DNA of 62,943 nucleotides, the filler included, from Intoshia linei (taxonomy: Eukaryota > Animalia > Orthonectida), in the NCBI GenBank assembly GCA_001642005.1. It is 4 parts of 4 records of this genome, joined end to end, with 100 filler letters (N's around TTAATTAATTAA, not from the genome) between each part and the next. Parts side by side here need not be neighbours in the genome. Positions count along the whole stretch, not along the records: positions 1 to 9,119 come from LWCA01001391.1; positions 9,220 to 34,299 come from LWCA01000508.1; 2 more parts are not named here. One strand, 5' to 3'. How positions within the stretch are numbered: position 1 is the first letter of the stretch; each line of letters opens with the position of its first letter. The translations under genes and the position numbers were made by a program. Below are positions 1-9,919 of this stretch, piece after piece. The notes below the pieces were generated by a model that saw nothing but the letters and a program-made list of their open reading frames with translations, was not told the DNA's origin and did no database searches.

Positions 1-606
1 AATTCCCATAAACTTTATCAAGTAAGTCGCTGTTTCCATCTATGTGATTGCACCTACGAATTATCTGCTGGCGAAGATGGTCGACATCTGCAATTCTTGT
101 AAAGTAAACTATTTGTTTGAGGTGGCCCAAAAATAAAAATCCATTTGGGTCAAGTCAGGGGACCTTGGTGCCCATTCTACGGTACCTCTTCGGCCAATCC
201 AATTTTCAAAATTGCCATTCAGCCAATTTCGCAAAATCGTCGCGTAATGAGGCGGGGCGCCATCTTGCATAAACCAAAGGGGTTTACTGTCGTGTGAGAG
301 ATTGGCTTACGATCAGGATAAATTTTATTAAATTTCTTAGCAACAGATCGATTAGTGGCACCATCAGCACCAGATATGAGCATTAGTTCAACTCGTTCGT
401 CAATTGTTAAGGGTGTATCTGAAAAATAAAATAATTTTTTTAAAGGCAAATCATACCTAAAAAACTTTGATTGGAATTAAATTTGACAGTTATAGTAACA
501 GATACATAAACAATGTTTCATTAATCTATAAAAGAACATGTATTTTATACTTAAAGAGACGAAAACTTCACCTAATTCTTTGGTGCGCGACTTATGGCCC
601 ATCCTG
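1..606 (-). mobile_element. Internally deleted Tc1/mariner (maT/rosa-like, DUF4817-type) transposon relic, truncated by the window start
   Basis: Minus-strand translation of ~121-277 gives WFMQDGAPPHYATILRNWLNGNFENWIGRRGTVEWAPRSPDLTQMDFYFW (DDD catalytic core). It is joined directly to an HTH fragment (LTIDERVELMLISG...RSVAKKFNKIYPDR). The end reads TA|CAGGATGGGCCATAAGTCGC at 608-587 and interrupts a Helitron-family copy. Confidence 0.85.
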
Positions 607-608
607 TA

Positions 609-1517
609 TATTAAAAATTATTTTTCATCGGGAACGCGTAAATTTATCGGGTTGAAATTTTGTATTTATATCAAATGGAATAAGCTCTATCAGAATAATC
701 TCTTTTTTTTAATTTCGGACCGTTAATTATTTCACATTTTTTGTTTTAATAAAATATATCGGAAAAAAAATATATGAATACTAAAATGCTTTTTTGACTG
801 TGAAGTCATCACTTATTCGGATTGAAATGTTTAATGTGTGTTAACAGGATACAACTGTACCACCTGTAAATTTTTTGTAAATTCTAGGGCTGTTTTCATT
901 AAAAAAAGAAGGGTAATTTGGGGTTTTGCCCTGAAGATATAATTTTTTTAAATTTAAATTTATGATAATGTTTAAGATTTTAAAATCCGCATTAGCGTAT
1001 GTTTTTTTAAATTCTCCAACTCGTTTGATTTTCAAAAAAAGGGACAACAGGGGTTTTTAACCCTTAAGATGTGAAAACGGGAGGTTGAAATTTATCTTAT
1101 TATACGTCCCGGAAAAAACTGTAATTGAAATGTTATCTTTAAAAAATTTTAAAAATGGTAGTTATTTCAATAAAGTGGAACACACACACAGACACACAAA
1201 CAAAAATCGCGTAACCTTTTATATAAGTTAGAATTCTGTCTAATAAATTAATAAAATGGAATAACAATTATTTTTAAAATTCTTTACGCAAATGTTTACA
1301 AAAAAAATTAAGATGGAATAATTCACTTTAAATGGTAGTGTGATATGATGGTTCCACCTGAAACAAGTTGGGAAACACTTCATTAAAGGATTGATAATAG
1401 TGAATGGTAGCATTTTTAAGTTAGATTTTCAACGTGAATTTATTTTTTTGTAGAATAAAAATGTGCTCTCGTCAGAGCTAGGTGCTGTTTGTACGTAGTA
1501 CATACCAGTCAACCTAG
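609..1517. mobile_element. Two pieces of the non-autonomous Helitron family (5' part on minus at 609-1231; 3' end on plus at ~1233-1517)
   Basis: Near-identical to 45110-46409. Has the CA/CAGA microsatellite near the 5' end and the terminal GTACGTAGTAC hairpin followed by CTAG|T at 1514-1518. Confidence 0.75.
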
Positions 1518-1649
1518 TATATTTATTATAAATATGATTTATTAAAGAGGTACGTGAATTATCACAACATGTGACTACTAATTTAAATTTAACCACAAAA
1601 ACTGATAATCAGTATATTTAAATGTATAAGATTTTAATTTAAAAACTAG

Positions 1650-1872
1650 ACGACCTCAAGGAATCGCAATAACTCCGGACCGTAAAATTATTGTAGTAGA
1701 ATCACGCAATAGCCGAGTTCAAATATTCGACAAATGCGGAAATCCTATAACGTGCATTTACACAAATAGATTAAACAGTGTCGAATTTTGTGAACCTCAA
1801 GGTGTCTGCATTGACATTGATGGCAACATTGCAGTCGTAGACCAACAAACGGGATTTATTCAAGTGTTTTAG
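1650..1872 (+). CDS. TRIM71: Terminal exon of a TRIM71/LIN-41-like TRIM-NHL protein (last two NHL repeats); upstream exons lie outside the window
   Basis: AG acceptor at 1648-1649. Translation RPQGIAITPDRKIIVVESRNSRVQIFDKCG...FCEPQGVCIDIDGNIAVVDQQTGFIQVF* matches the TRIM71 C-terminus pattern RPQGVAV...IIVADSRNHRVQMF...RPSGIAI...VVD...RILVF*. It has no ATG, so the ORF track misses it. Confidence 0.8.
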
Positions 1873-2189
1873 TTAAGGAATGAAAAAATTATTGTTATTT
1901 TTCAAATAAATTTTTTAATTTGTGTCATATTTTATGAAAGTTATAACATGGAAATAAGTTAACTAGTACAATGTAATTACAATATGGAAATAATTTACCA
2001 TAAAATCCAAGTCAAGATGAACAAAATTTATCAAAGTAAATAAGGTTAGACAAGTAATCGATAATCTTAAACCAAGTATAGCAATAGATGTCAAAATATT
2101 GTAGAAACTTAAACGAACAATCGATACTGAACTCATCAAATAGTAACGTGCTAATTATTTGTACGCATTGACTGAACTTGAAAAACTTG

Positions 2190-2282
2190 ACTATACCTGC
2201 TACCTACTACCTTGTAGTACTATACTAGGTACCTGCTAGTTTCGAAATATGTATCGGTATCACTACTTGGTGTACTACTTTG
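2190..2282 (+). promoter_or_regulatory. Cluster of putative let-7 complementary sites in the inferred lin-41 3'UTR
   Basis: 2190-2214 ACTATAC-CTGCT-ACCTACTACCT-TG versus the let-7 reverse complement AACTATACAACCTACTACCTCA. Weaker sites: ACTATACTAGGTACCTG (2219-2235), CACTACTTGG (2261-2270), GTACTACTTTG (2272-2282). Confidence 0.65.
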
Positions 2283-2874
2283 AAATTATCAAATCATTAA
2301 ATACACAAGAATCATTCATTATCATTCCAACTGACACCACTTGCTTTCATTGTATTGTTACTATGCATCAACAAATTTTGTCTTTAATATAGTTAAATTG
2401 ATACTTTAGTTGAAAATAAAGTTGACATTAAATGACAATCTCGTAGTTGGATTGATTATGAGATTTATGTAAAAGCATTTTATTATTTTTAAATCAAATA
2501 AGAATACAAAAAATCTAAATATTATTCATAGTCAATAAAATTTATCTGGATCAACTTTTGAGGTATTTGATTATATAAGTTAAATTATACATTATTGTAT
2601 AAAATTAAGGAATAATTTTTACGGTAGATTTAAGATGCTTCAAAAATGACGAGCTAATTCTATATATTTTTGAAATAATTGATTTATTCAAAAATTATAC
2701 ATTGCTTTAAATTTTAAAAATATTGAAAAAATGTAAAATTTTTAAGTTATATTTAAGTTTTCAAATATATATTTATTATTTTTATATATTTGTTATTCAT
2801 TAAATTTGTGTACATTTTTTTTCTGCTATTTTGTTTAAATTTTAATTGTCAATTTTATAGATTGTGGTATCAAT

Positions 2875-5800
2875 ATGCTTTTTAAATATTTTTCATTATC
2901 TGGAATATTTGGGAAAAAATTTAATGTTTTCGAAAAAACTCATGGAAAAATAACATCTTTTCCAGATAGCATTTTTAGAAATTACAGAAATATTGAAGAA
3001 ATTTATCTAAATTGTAATTGTATCAAAACTATTCCAAAGGTATTTTTTATTCTTTGTATTGTAAACTTGATTCGTTGTAACCTTTAGTTATATTTATAAT
3101 TTTACAATAATATACATTTCTTAACCTTTTAAACAAATTAATCAAGTATCAAACGAGTCTACTAATGTAAACATGTTAATATTCTGAATTCACCTGTAAT
3201 CTATTTTGTGCAAGTTTTTCGATAATTATTGGGAAAAATTGTTGCCAGAATGTAATTCTCCAATAAATTAATAAGTAAATATATTTTTATGCTTTTTTTA
3301 TTGTTAAAATGTACTTGGTTAGTCATTAATTAAGTGGAATTGTCAAATTTTTGGTTCTTTGAACATTTTTAATGGAATTTTTACATCGTAGATAGAAAAT
3401 TTACCGACCTGTAAGAAACTAATTAATTATATCTAATATACACTACAAACTTGAATCAGCGCCAAAGTTAAAGTTAAAATATCTTTAAACAACTATATTT
3501 CAATTTCATATTAGTTTAAATGGAATATTTTTAATTACCGTTAAATTAAAATTTAACCGATAACTACTTACTATAAATTTAAAAACTAGGAGATTAATAT
3601 GGTTTTAAGAAAAAATCACATTTTTTATGTGTTTTGCTTTAATATTGTTACTATTATTGCTTGTAGTACACTACAGTGTGTGTTTATCTATCCTTTTTAC
3701 TATTTGGATCAGATTTTTTCTAAAAATGTCTGGGTTAATATGCATTTCTTTTTAAATTCTTAACTAAGATTTAAAAAGATTAATATTTTACTGAAGCATC
3801 ATCAAAAATTTGATATCATCGTTTAATAATGGATCATATACTCCTAGGGCTTATTTGGCTTTTCAAACTTTTTTTAAATTGAACCAAATTTTATACTAAG
3901 AATCGAATTTCAAAATATTGAATGAAATTCAGTATTTCCCAATTTTTTTTATGATAGGCCTCATTTTCACTATGAAAAAAATCTCAGGCCCCACTTAAAT
4001 AAACAAAATTTTTTGTAAAATTTGTAAATTTACATAATAGACAAAAAAATTTGAACTAACGGCCAGTTTTTTGGGTACAACAATTCAGTCACAAAAAATT
4101 ATTATTAATTCAATTATTACTTTTTATGAAAAACTAATTTTTTAATATATTATAAATGGAAAGCTATTATTGCCGAAATTCGAGCGAATTATAATAAAAT
4201 AATGATAAAAAAATAATAATTTAATTATTTTTTAAAATTAATGAGATGATTGACCTGTAAATTCTTACAGAATTTCTCAACATTAGTCCCTAATGTTGAA
4301 AGATTTGAACGTAGATCTCCTTGTTTTGAAATTCGGAGTCTATTTATCTTTTTTGTTAGTACAAACAGTTTTGTAAGTCCAAAATAGCACTAAACCAGCA
4401 TTCTCTTAAATAAGAGAATGGAAATGGCAACAAAGCCATCATATTAAAATTAGTTAAAATTTGATAGTTTTTTGAAACTTCTTCGGTAAGGCATATCATA
4501 ATTCCTTTGCTGCCAAATACGTCAAAACGTATATTAAAATCATTTTTTATTGTTTTTAAATTAATATTACATATCTATAAATCACACCTCCTTACTTCAA
4601 TGTATGATTAAAGGGTTAATTTCTCATTTTGCATAAATAGATGCAGTTTTTTGAGGTTGAAAAATTTTTTAAATCATTGAAAAAAGCTGTCAAAAATAAA
4701 TGATGAATGAATCAAAATGATATGAAAATATGAGTATCAATTGACATAGCTTCACAGCCAAATTTAATCAAAAAAATTAATATTATACTTATTATACTAT
4801 TAAACATATTAATTAATATTAATATATTATACACGTAATTTTACTTAAAAAAATATTAACGAGCATTAAATGTGTACACAATAGAAGAATAAATTTAAAA
4901 TATAGCTCGGTTTTAAATAAATTTTTAACAAAATACTTTGAACAATTACATAATTATTATCGATTATATAATTATAATCAGGGATTGGAAATTGATTGCA
5001 ATCAATTATTTTGTATAAACCAATTAATTGAAAAATGAAAAGATAATTTTCAATTAATTGGTTTTTTCATATAACTGAAAAAATATAAATTGAATCCTTA
5101 TATTGACGAATGGTTGGATGAAAAAATTAATTAAATTTTTTTTATGTAATTCAAAAATGACAATATTAAGGTGTCAAGTTGACACTGTCAACACTCGTTG
5201 TAGCGTATCACACTCCCACCATGCTTTATTTATTTCCAGAAACAATTTTTTATTTCCAAATTCGAAGAAAGAAATAAAATAAATAGTATGAAAATATTTT
5301 CTAAATACTATTTTGCAAATAAAATATAATGCAACTAAAATAGTTTGACACTGTATAATAAAATATTAACAACTTTTTATTATTATATGCAATTTTAAAA
5401 AAATAAAAACGAGTTTGTCACCAGAAAAATGATGTATTTAACCTACTAGCTTGACTTTTATGTACTTCGAACAAAGAGCATCCTAGTATTCATCATAACC
5501 GCATGACAGTTTTTTAAAAATGATTATGATATTGTTATCAATCTTCAATTAATTGAAAAATAATTTTTAAACAAACAATTAATTGATTATTTTTCAATAA
5601 TTTTTACCTATTAATTGCAATTAAATTAGTTGCAATCAATTAATTCTAATCCCTGATTATAATCGTTCAGAATAATATATTTTAAGTTAAAATTTATAAA
5701 ATATCTTATTTTATTGGAATATAGAAGATAAATAAAATTTTGGTTGCATTGTGACTATCTTAAGGTCTCTTCTATAATTAGATTAATATTTTCAAAAAGT

Positions 5801-8800
5801 TTGACAAAGTGTTTACATTTATTTATCCCACAAACATTGTTTAAACACCAAAACAAAATAATCATATTAATTATAATTATAAAAAAAAATTTCGTTATTA
5901 TAGAATAACGTCAATTGTAAATGATGCAGCTGAACGCGTTTTATTAAAATATACAAACATTTTTGATTTTTCTTCACAAACAAAGCAGGAATTTAAGTCT
6001 GTAAAAAAAATTAAGAAAACCTTTGCCATCAGATTGTTATTTTTTTTGAAATTACACCTAATCTACTGGGTAGATTTTTGAATTTCTTATTAAAATATTT
6101 GATGTGATTTTTGTCTATTTTTCTATAATTTTGTCCTTTTTAATACGAAAATCACTTCTATGCAGAGCCGCACCTATCTTTGCGATAGCCCTCTTTGGGT
6201 GAACGGAATATTTATAAAATGTCAAGTTAAGAGCCTTGTAGAGGTGACTAGGGCTATATGACACATACTTTGAAAAAAATTTTTATCAGTGTCTATTTTT
6301 CAGTTTTTGAGTGGCTCTAGCTTGGTAGGTTCGGCTCTGTATTTGTCAATATAATATATTATGTGTTATTTTAGGACATTAGTTATTTAACTAAACTACG
6401 AATATTAAATCTGGCTGAAAACGACATTATGTATATTCCTGCAGAAATTGCAAAACTCCAACATTTATCAGAATTAGATATAAAAAAGAATGACATTCTA
6501 TCATTACCATTAGAATTTGAAAATTTATGTAATTTGACATATTTGGATTTAAGTTCAAACAAATTCAACAATTTTCCTCTAGGATTAATGAAACTGACTC
6601 GGTTGATTTATTTAAACCTTAACGACACCGGAATAAATATTATACCATCCACAATAAAAAATTTGATTTATTTAAAATCTCTAGAAATGCGAGACAATTG
6701 TATTGAAATTATACCATCCGAATTGTCGACCCTTGCAAAACTGGAAATTTTCGATGTCAGTGCTAACCTTATATCTGTTTTACCTATGAATATTGGAAAA
6801 TTAAAACAATTGGATGAATTTTGGGTCGATTGTTGCGAATTGACATCTTTACCGGAATCTATTGGTGAAATGATTAAAATTACCCATTTTAGTTGTTGTG
6901 AAAATTTGCTTATTTCCTTGTCTCAATCCTTTACCGATCTATACAATATAGTAGATTTAAATCTGTCTCAAAATTCTCTATGTAGTCTCCCGATAGATAT
7001 AGGAAATTTGATCAATTTGGTTATTTTTAAAGTCGATGATAATCAAATATCAGTATTGCCGGATTCTATATGCAAATGTAATCAATTGACAGAATTGATT
7101 TTAACCCATAACACATTTAAACAACTCCCTCAACAGTTTGGTAAATTAAAAAAATTGTACAATTTAAATGTCGATATGAACGAGTTAACGTCATTACCAG
7201 ACTCGGTATTTTTCTATTGATTTAAATTTTAAATGTATTTTGAATTTGGTTATTTTTTTTACCTAAAATTTAGATGTGCGACTGTGAAAACCTTTCAATT
7301 TTGTCTGTCAGGCGAAATCTAATTAAATGTTTACCCGAAAAAATTGGCCAACTTCAAAATCTTATAGTTTTGGACGTGTCATCTAATTGGTAAAATTATA
7401 CGATTTCAAAACTAATTCATTTTCTAGTTTGAATCATTTACCCATCTCTTTAACCAACTGTCACCCTAAAGCTATATGGCTCAATGAAAACCAATCGAAA
7501 TCTCTTATAAAGTTGGAAACTGAGTTTAACGAGACTGAAAATGCTGTGGTGGTCACTTGTTGTTTGTTACCACAAGTCCGAAACGAATTTGGTATATATT
7601 TTTGTTTAATGTTTTAAAAATGTTATATTTACAGATACAACAAATGCATTAAGCAGATCTAGTGCTTCTGATGATTCGGCTTCATCTTTATCTGTAATTT
7701 CTGAAACAGAACAAAATGTAAATATCGAACAAAAAGTTAACCATTCTGTTGTCAATTTTAATGAATTACCTAAAAAAACTAAACAAGTTCGTTTTTTAGT
7801 TTAAAATGTTTATTCTGTTTAGAATTCTCTTTCGAGACAAAATACTCCCCACCCTAAAGAATTGAGAGAAGCTCAAACTCGACTTATACGCGAAAGCAAA
7901 ATGGTAATTAAACTTGAAATTATTTTGATTATTTTTAGTCAGAAGTCAAAAATAAATCAACGTCTACAAATGTTAGAGAAAAATACGAAATTGAATTAAT
8001 CCACAGTCCTATTGTTCAAAGTATTGATTTGTAGATTTTAGTATAATTTTAGCTATTAATGCAGAAAACCCTATTGATTCGGGTATATCTTCTAATCAAC
8101 TCAAAAATTCGTTCGATAGTACAAGTTCACTGGTAAATTTTGTTTTTATTTTTTAATTAGTGGTTTATATGGTCCATTTTTCTAACTTTTACAAATTAAA
8201 AGGAAATTTTTTTGGAGAAAAAATAAATTGACAAAAAGAAACTTTTGTTTTTTGACGACAAAACTACCATATATCAATAATGTATTTTTACGCAATCATT
8301 CTAAAATTATGTTTAAAATCCCTTAAATCTTCTAATACTTTTAATTATTGATGAAAATTACGCTAAATATGGATAGATACAATTAAAACTATGTATAAAT
8401 TTATTTAGAATACCAATAATGCTTCGGTTGAAATTGTTAGCGTTTATACCAAAAAAGCAGATTTATCTTTTATTATGCCTGAAAATGCAGGATTAGGGAT
8501 TAGTATATCTGGAGGAGTAGGTTCCATGCCATATTTTGATAATGATCATGTATCTCTTCTGTTATCTTTACATTTTGTTGTTTAGTCTATTTTTATAAGT
8601 GATGTTGAACAAAATGGTTATGCTGAATATTTTGGTTTACAAAAGAATGATAAGATTTTGTATGTAAATAATAACAGTTTCAACAATATAAGCCACAATG
8701 ATGCCGTTGATATTTTAAGCAATTTGCGTAGTGTAGTCTCCATGTGCGTTGAACGCAAAGTTGTAAACAATAAACCCACCAAAATCAATAATCACACCTT

Positions 8801-8954
8801 TAAGGTTATTTTTTATAATTGATAAAATAATTACATTTAGACTGCAACTATAAAATGCAATGAATACCAACAATTTGGATTTAAAGCAATTTCTTCGGCA
8901 GATTGCCATGTATATCCATTTGGACCTAAAAATTCGGGAATTTACATTTCAAAG
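2875..8954 (+). CDS. scrib: Scribble / LAP-family LRR+LAPSD+PDZ polarity protein; multi-exon, 3'-truncated at the contig linker
   Basis: Exons include 2875-3039, 6375-7205, 7274-7389, 7428-7591, 7635-~7787, ~7823-7903, 8409-~8549, ~8585-8803 and 8841-8954, all with GT-AG ends. LRR array; LAPSDa KAIWLNENQSKSLIKLETE...VVTCCLLPQ; LAPSDb LSRQNTPHPKELR; PDZ GLGISISGGVGSMPYFDNDHSIFISDV; a second PDZ starts ...YPFGPKNSGIYISK. Confidence 0.92.
3930..4560 (-). mobile_element. Degraded hAT (Buster/Charlie-type) element in Scribble intron 1
   Basis: Begins CAGTATTTCCCAATTTTTTTT...AGGCC, the reverse complement of the right end of element 21979-22627. Carries a frameshifted hAT dimerisation remnant (ALLPFPFSYLRECWFSA). 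The far boundary is approximate. Confidence 0.65.
4979..5655. mobile_element. hAT-type MITE with 8-bp TSD ATTATAAT
   Basis: TIRs CAGGGATTGGAAATTGATTGCAA / TTGCAATCAATTAATTCTAATCCCTG. Identical ATTATAAT at 4971-4978 and 5656-5663. Confidence 0.85.
6163..6339. mobile_element. Short MITE-like element
   Basis: Imperfect TIRs CAGAGCCGCACCTATC / GGTAGGTTCGGCTCTG. No matching TSD seen. Confidence 0.45.
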
Positions 8955-9119
8955 GTTAGATGTATATAATACAGGCTGATTTCTATTTAACTGAAAAAAA
9001 GTCTTGATTAACGGACTGAATTTTTCTGAAGTACAAAAATTCTGTTAAATTTTAACTTAAAATGACTACTGTCTTTTCTCGATTATAAGCAGACCCCTGA
9101 AATACAAATTTTCAGTGAA

Positions 9120-9219
9120 NNNNNNNNNNNNNNNNNNNNNNNNNNNNNNNNNNNNNNNNNNNNTTAATTAATTAANNNNNNNNNNNNNNNNNNNNNNNNN
9201 NNNNNNNNNNNNNNNNNNN
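9120..9219. other. Artificial contig linker (44 N + TTAATTAATTAA + 44 N)
   Basis: Exactly 100 nt with a six-frame stop cassette; identical structure at 34300 and 57902. Confidence 0.97.
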
Positions 9220-9399
9220 GGTTTGTTGTAGTGCTCCATAAAATAATATTATAATTCCCATAATTTTTGGAAAATTCTGCATTCAGAGTCGACTTTTCTC
9301 ATTTTTATAATAAGAATTATTTCGGGCCGGATCTAAACACCTCGTGGGCCGTATGTTGCCCATCCCTGCTATATAATATCAATGTGTATCAAAATTTAG

Positions 9400-9890
9400 T
9401 AACAACGATAAAAGAGCTTTGATAGACAACGTTAGTGAAACATTAAATTACATAAAAACATTTACAATGACTGCCACCGAACGAGCTTCAAAAATTACAA
9501 ATAAACAACTTAAAAACGTAATTTATATTTAAAATTTTTTTTATATTATCGAAAATACTTGTGTCCATTGATTTATTTTTATATTCAGAAAATTAATTAT
9601 CATATATGAATCATTGTTACAAGTTATATTTAGAGTATTTTAATGAGTGTTGAACGACTTTCTATGTTGGCTACTCAACTTCGGGTAGTGAGTACTGTGA
9701 AAGCTACTTTACTTGGAGGTATATTTTTTTATTTATAAAAATGTTTATGTTTATTTTAAATGTTTTTTTAGTTTCCGAAGAACAAAACAACGAATCCCTT
9801 TCAATAATATACACCGTGGTCAACAATATATCGAAAGGAATAACTAGTACAATGCGCGATGTCAGTGTTGCTGATAAAGTTAAAGCATAA
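9400..9890 (+). CDS. vinc: Vinculin tail domain (last three exons; 5' part absent beyond the linker)
   Basis: Exons 9400-9517, 9634-9718 and 9772-9890 give NNDKRALIDNVSETLNYIKTFTMTATERASKITNKQLKNSILMSVERLSMLATQLRVVSTVKATLLG.VSEEQNNESLSIIYTVVNNISKGITSTMRDVSVADKVKA*. This aligns to vinculin KRALIQCAKDIAK...[22 protein letters not shown]. Confidence 0.82.
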
Positions 9891-9919
9891 ATTTAATTTC
9901 ATTAAAATTAATTAATAAT

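Noticed and set aside
2130-2290. A let-7 precursor hairpin on either strand
   Set aside because: The minus strand reads AAGGUAGUAGGUAGCAGGUAUAGU, but I find no complementary arm within ~60 nt on either side. Repeated partial sites on the sense strand of a lin-41-like gene fit target sites better.
9120-9219. TTAATTAATTAA palindrome as a biological motif (also 34300 and 57902)
   Set aside because: It is centred in exactly 100 nt of N three times, so it is an artificial six-frame stop linker.
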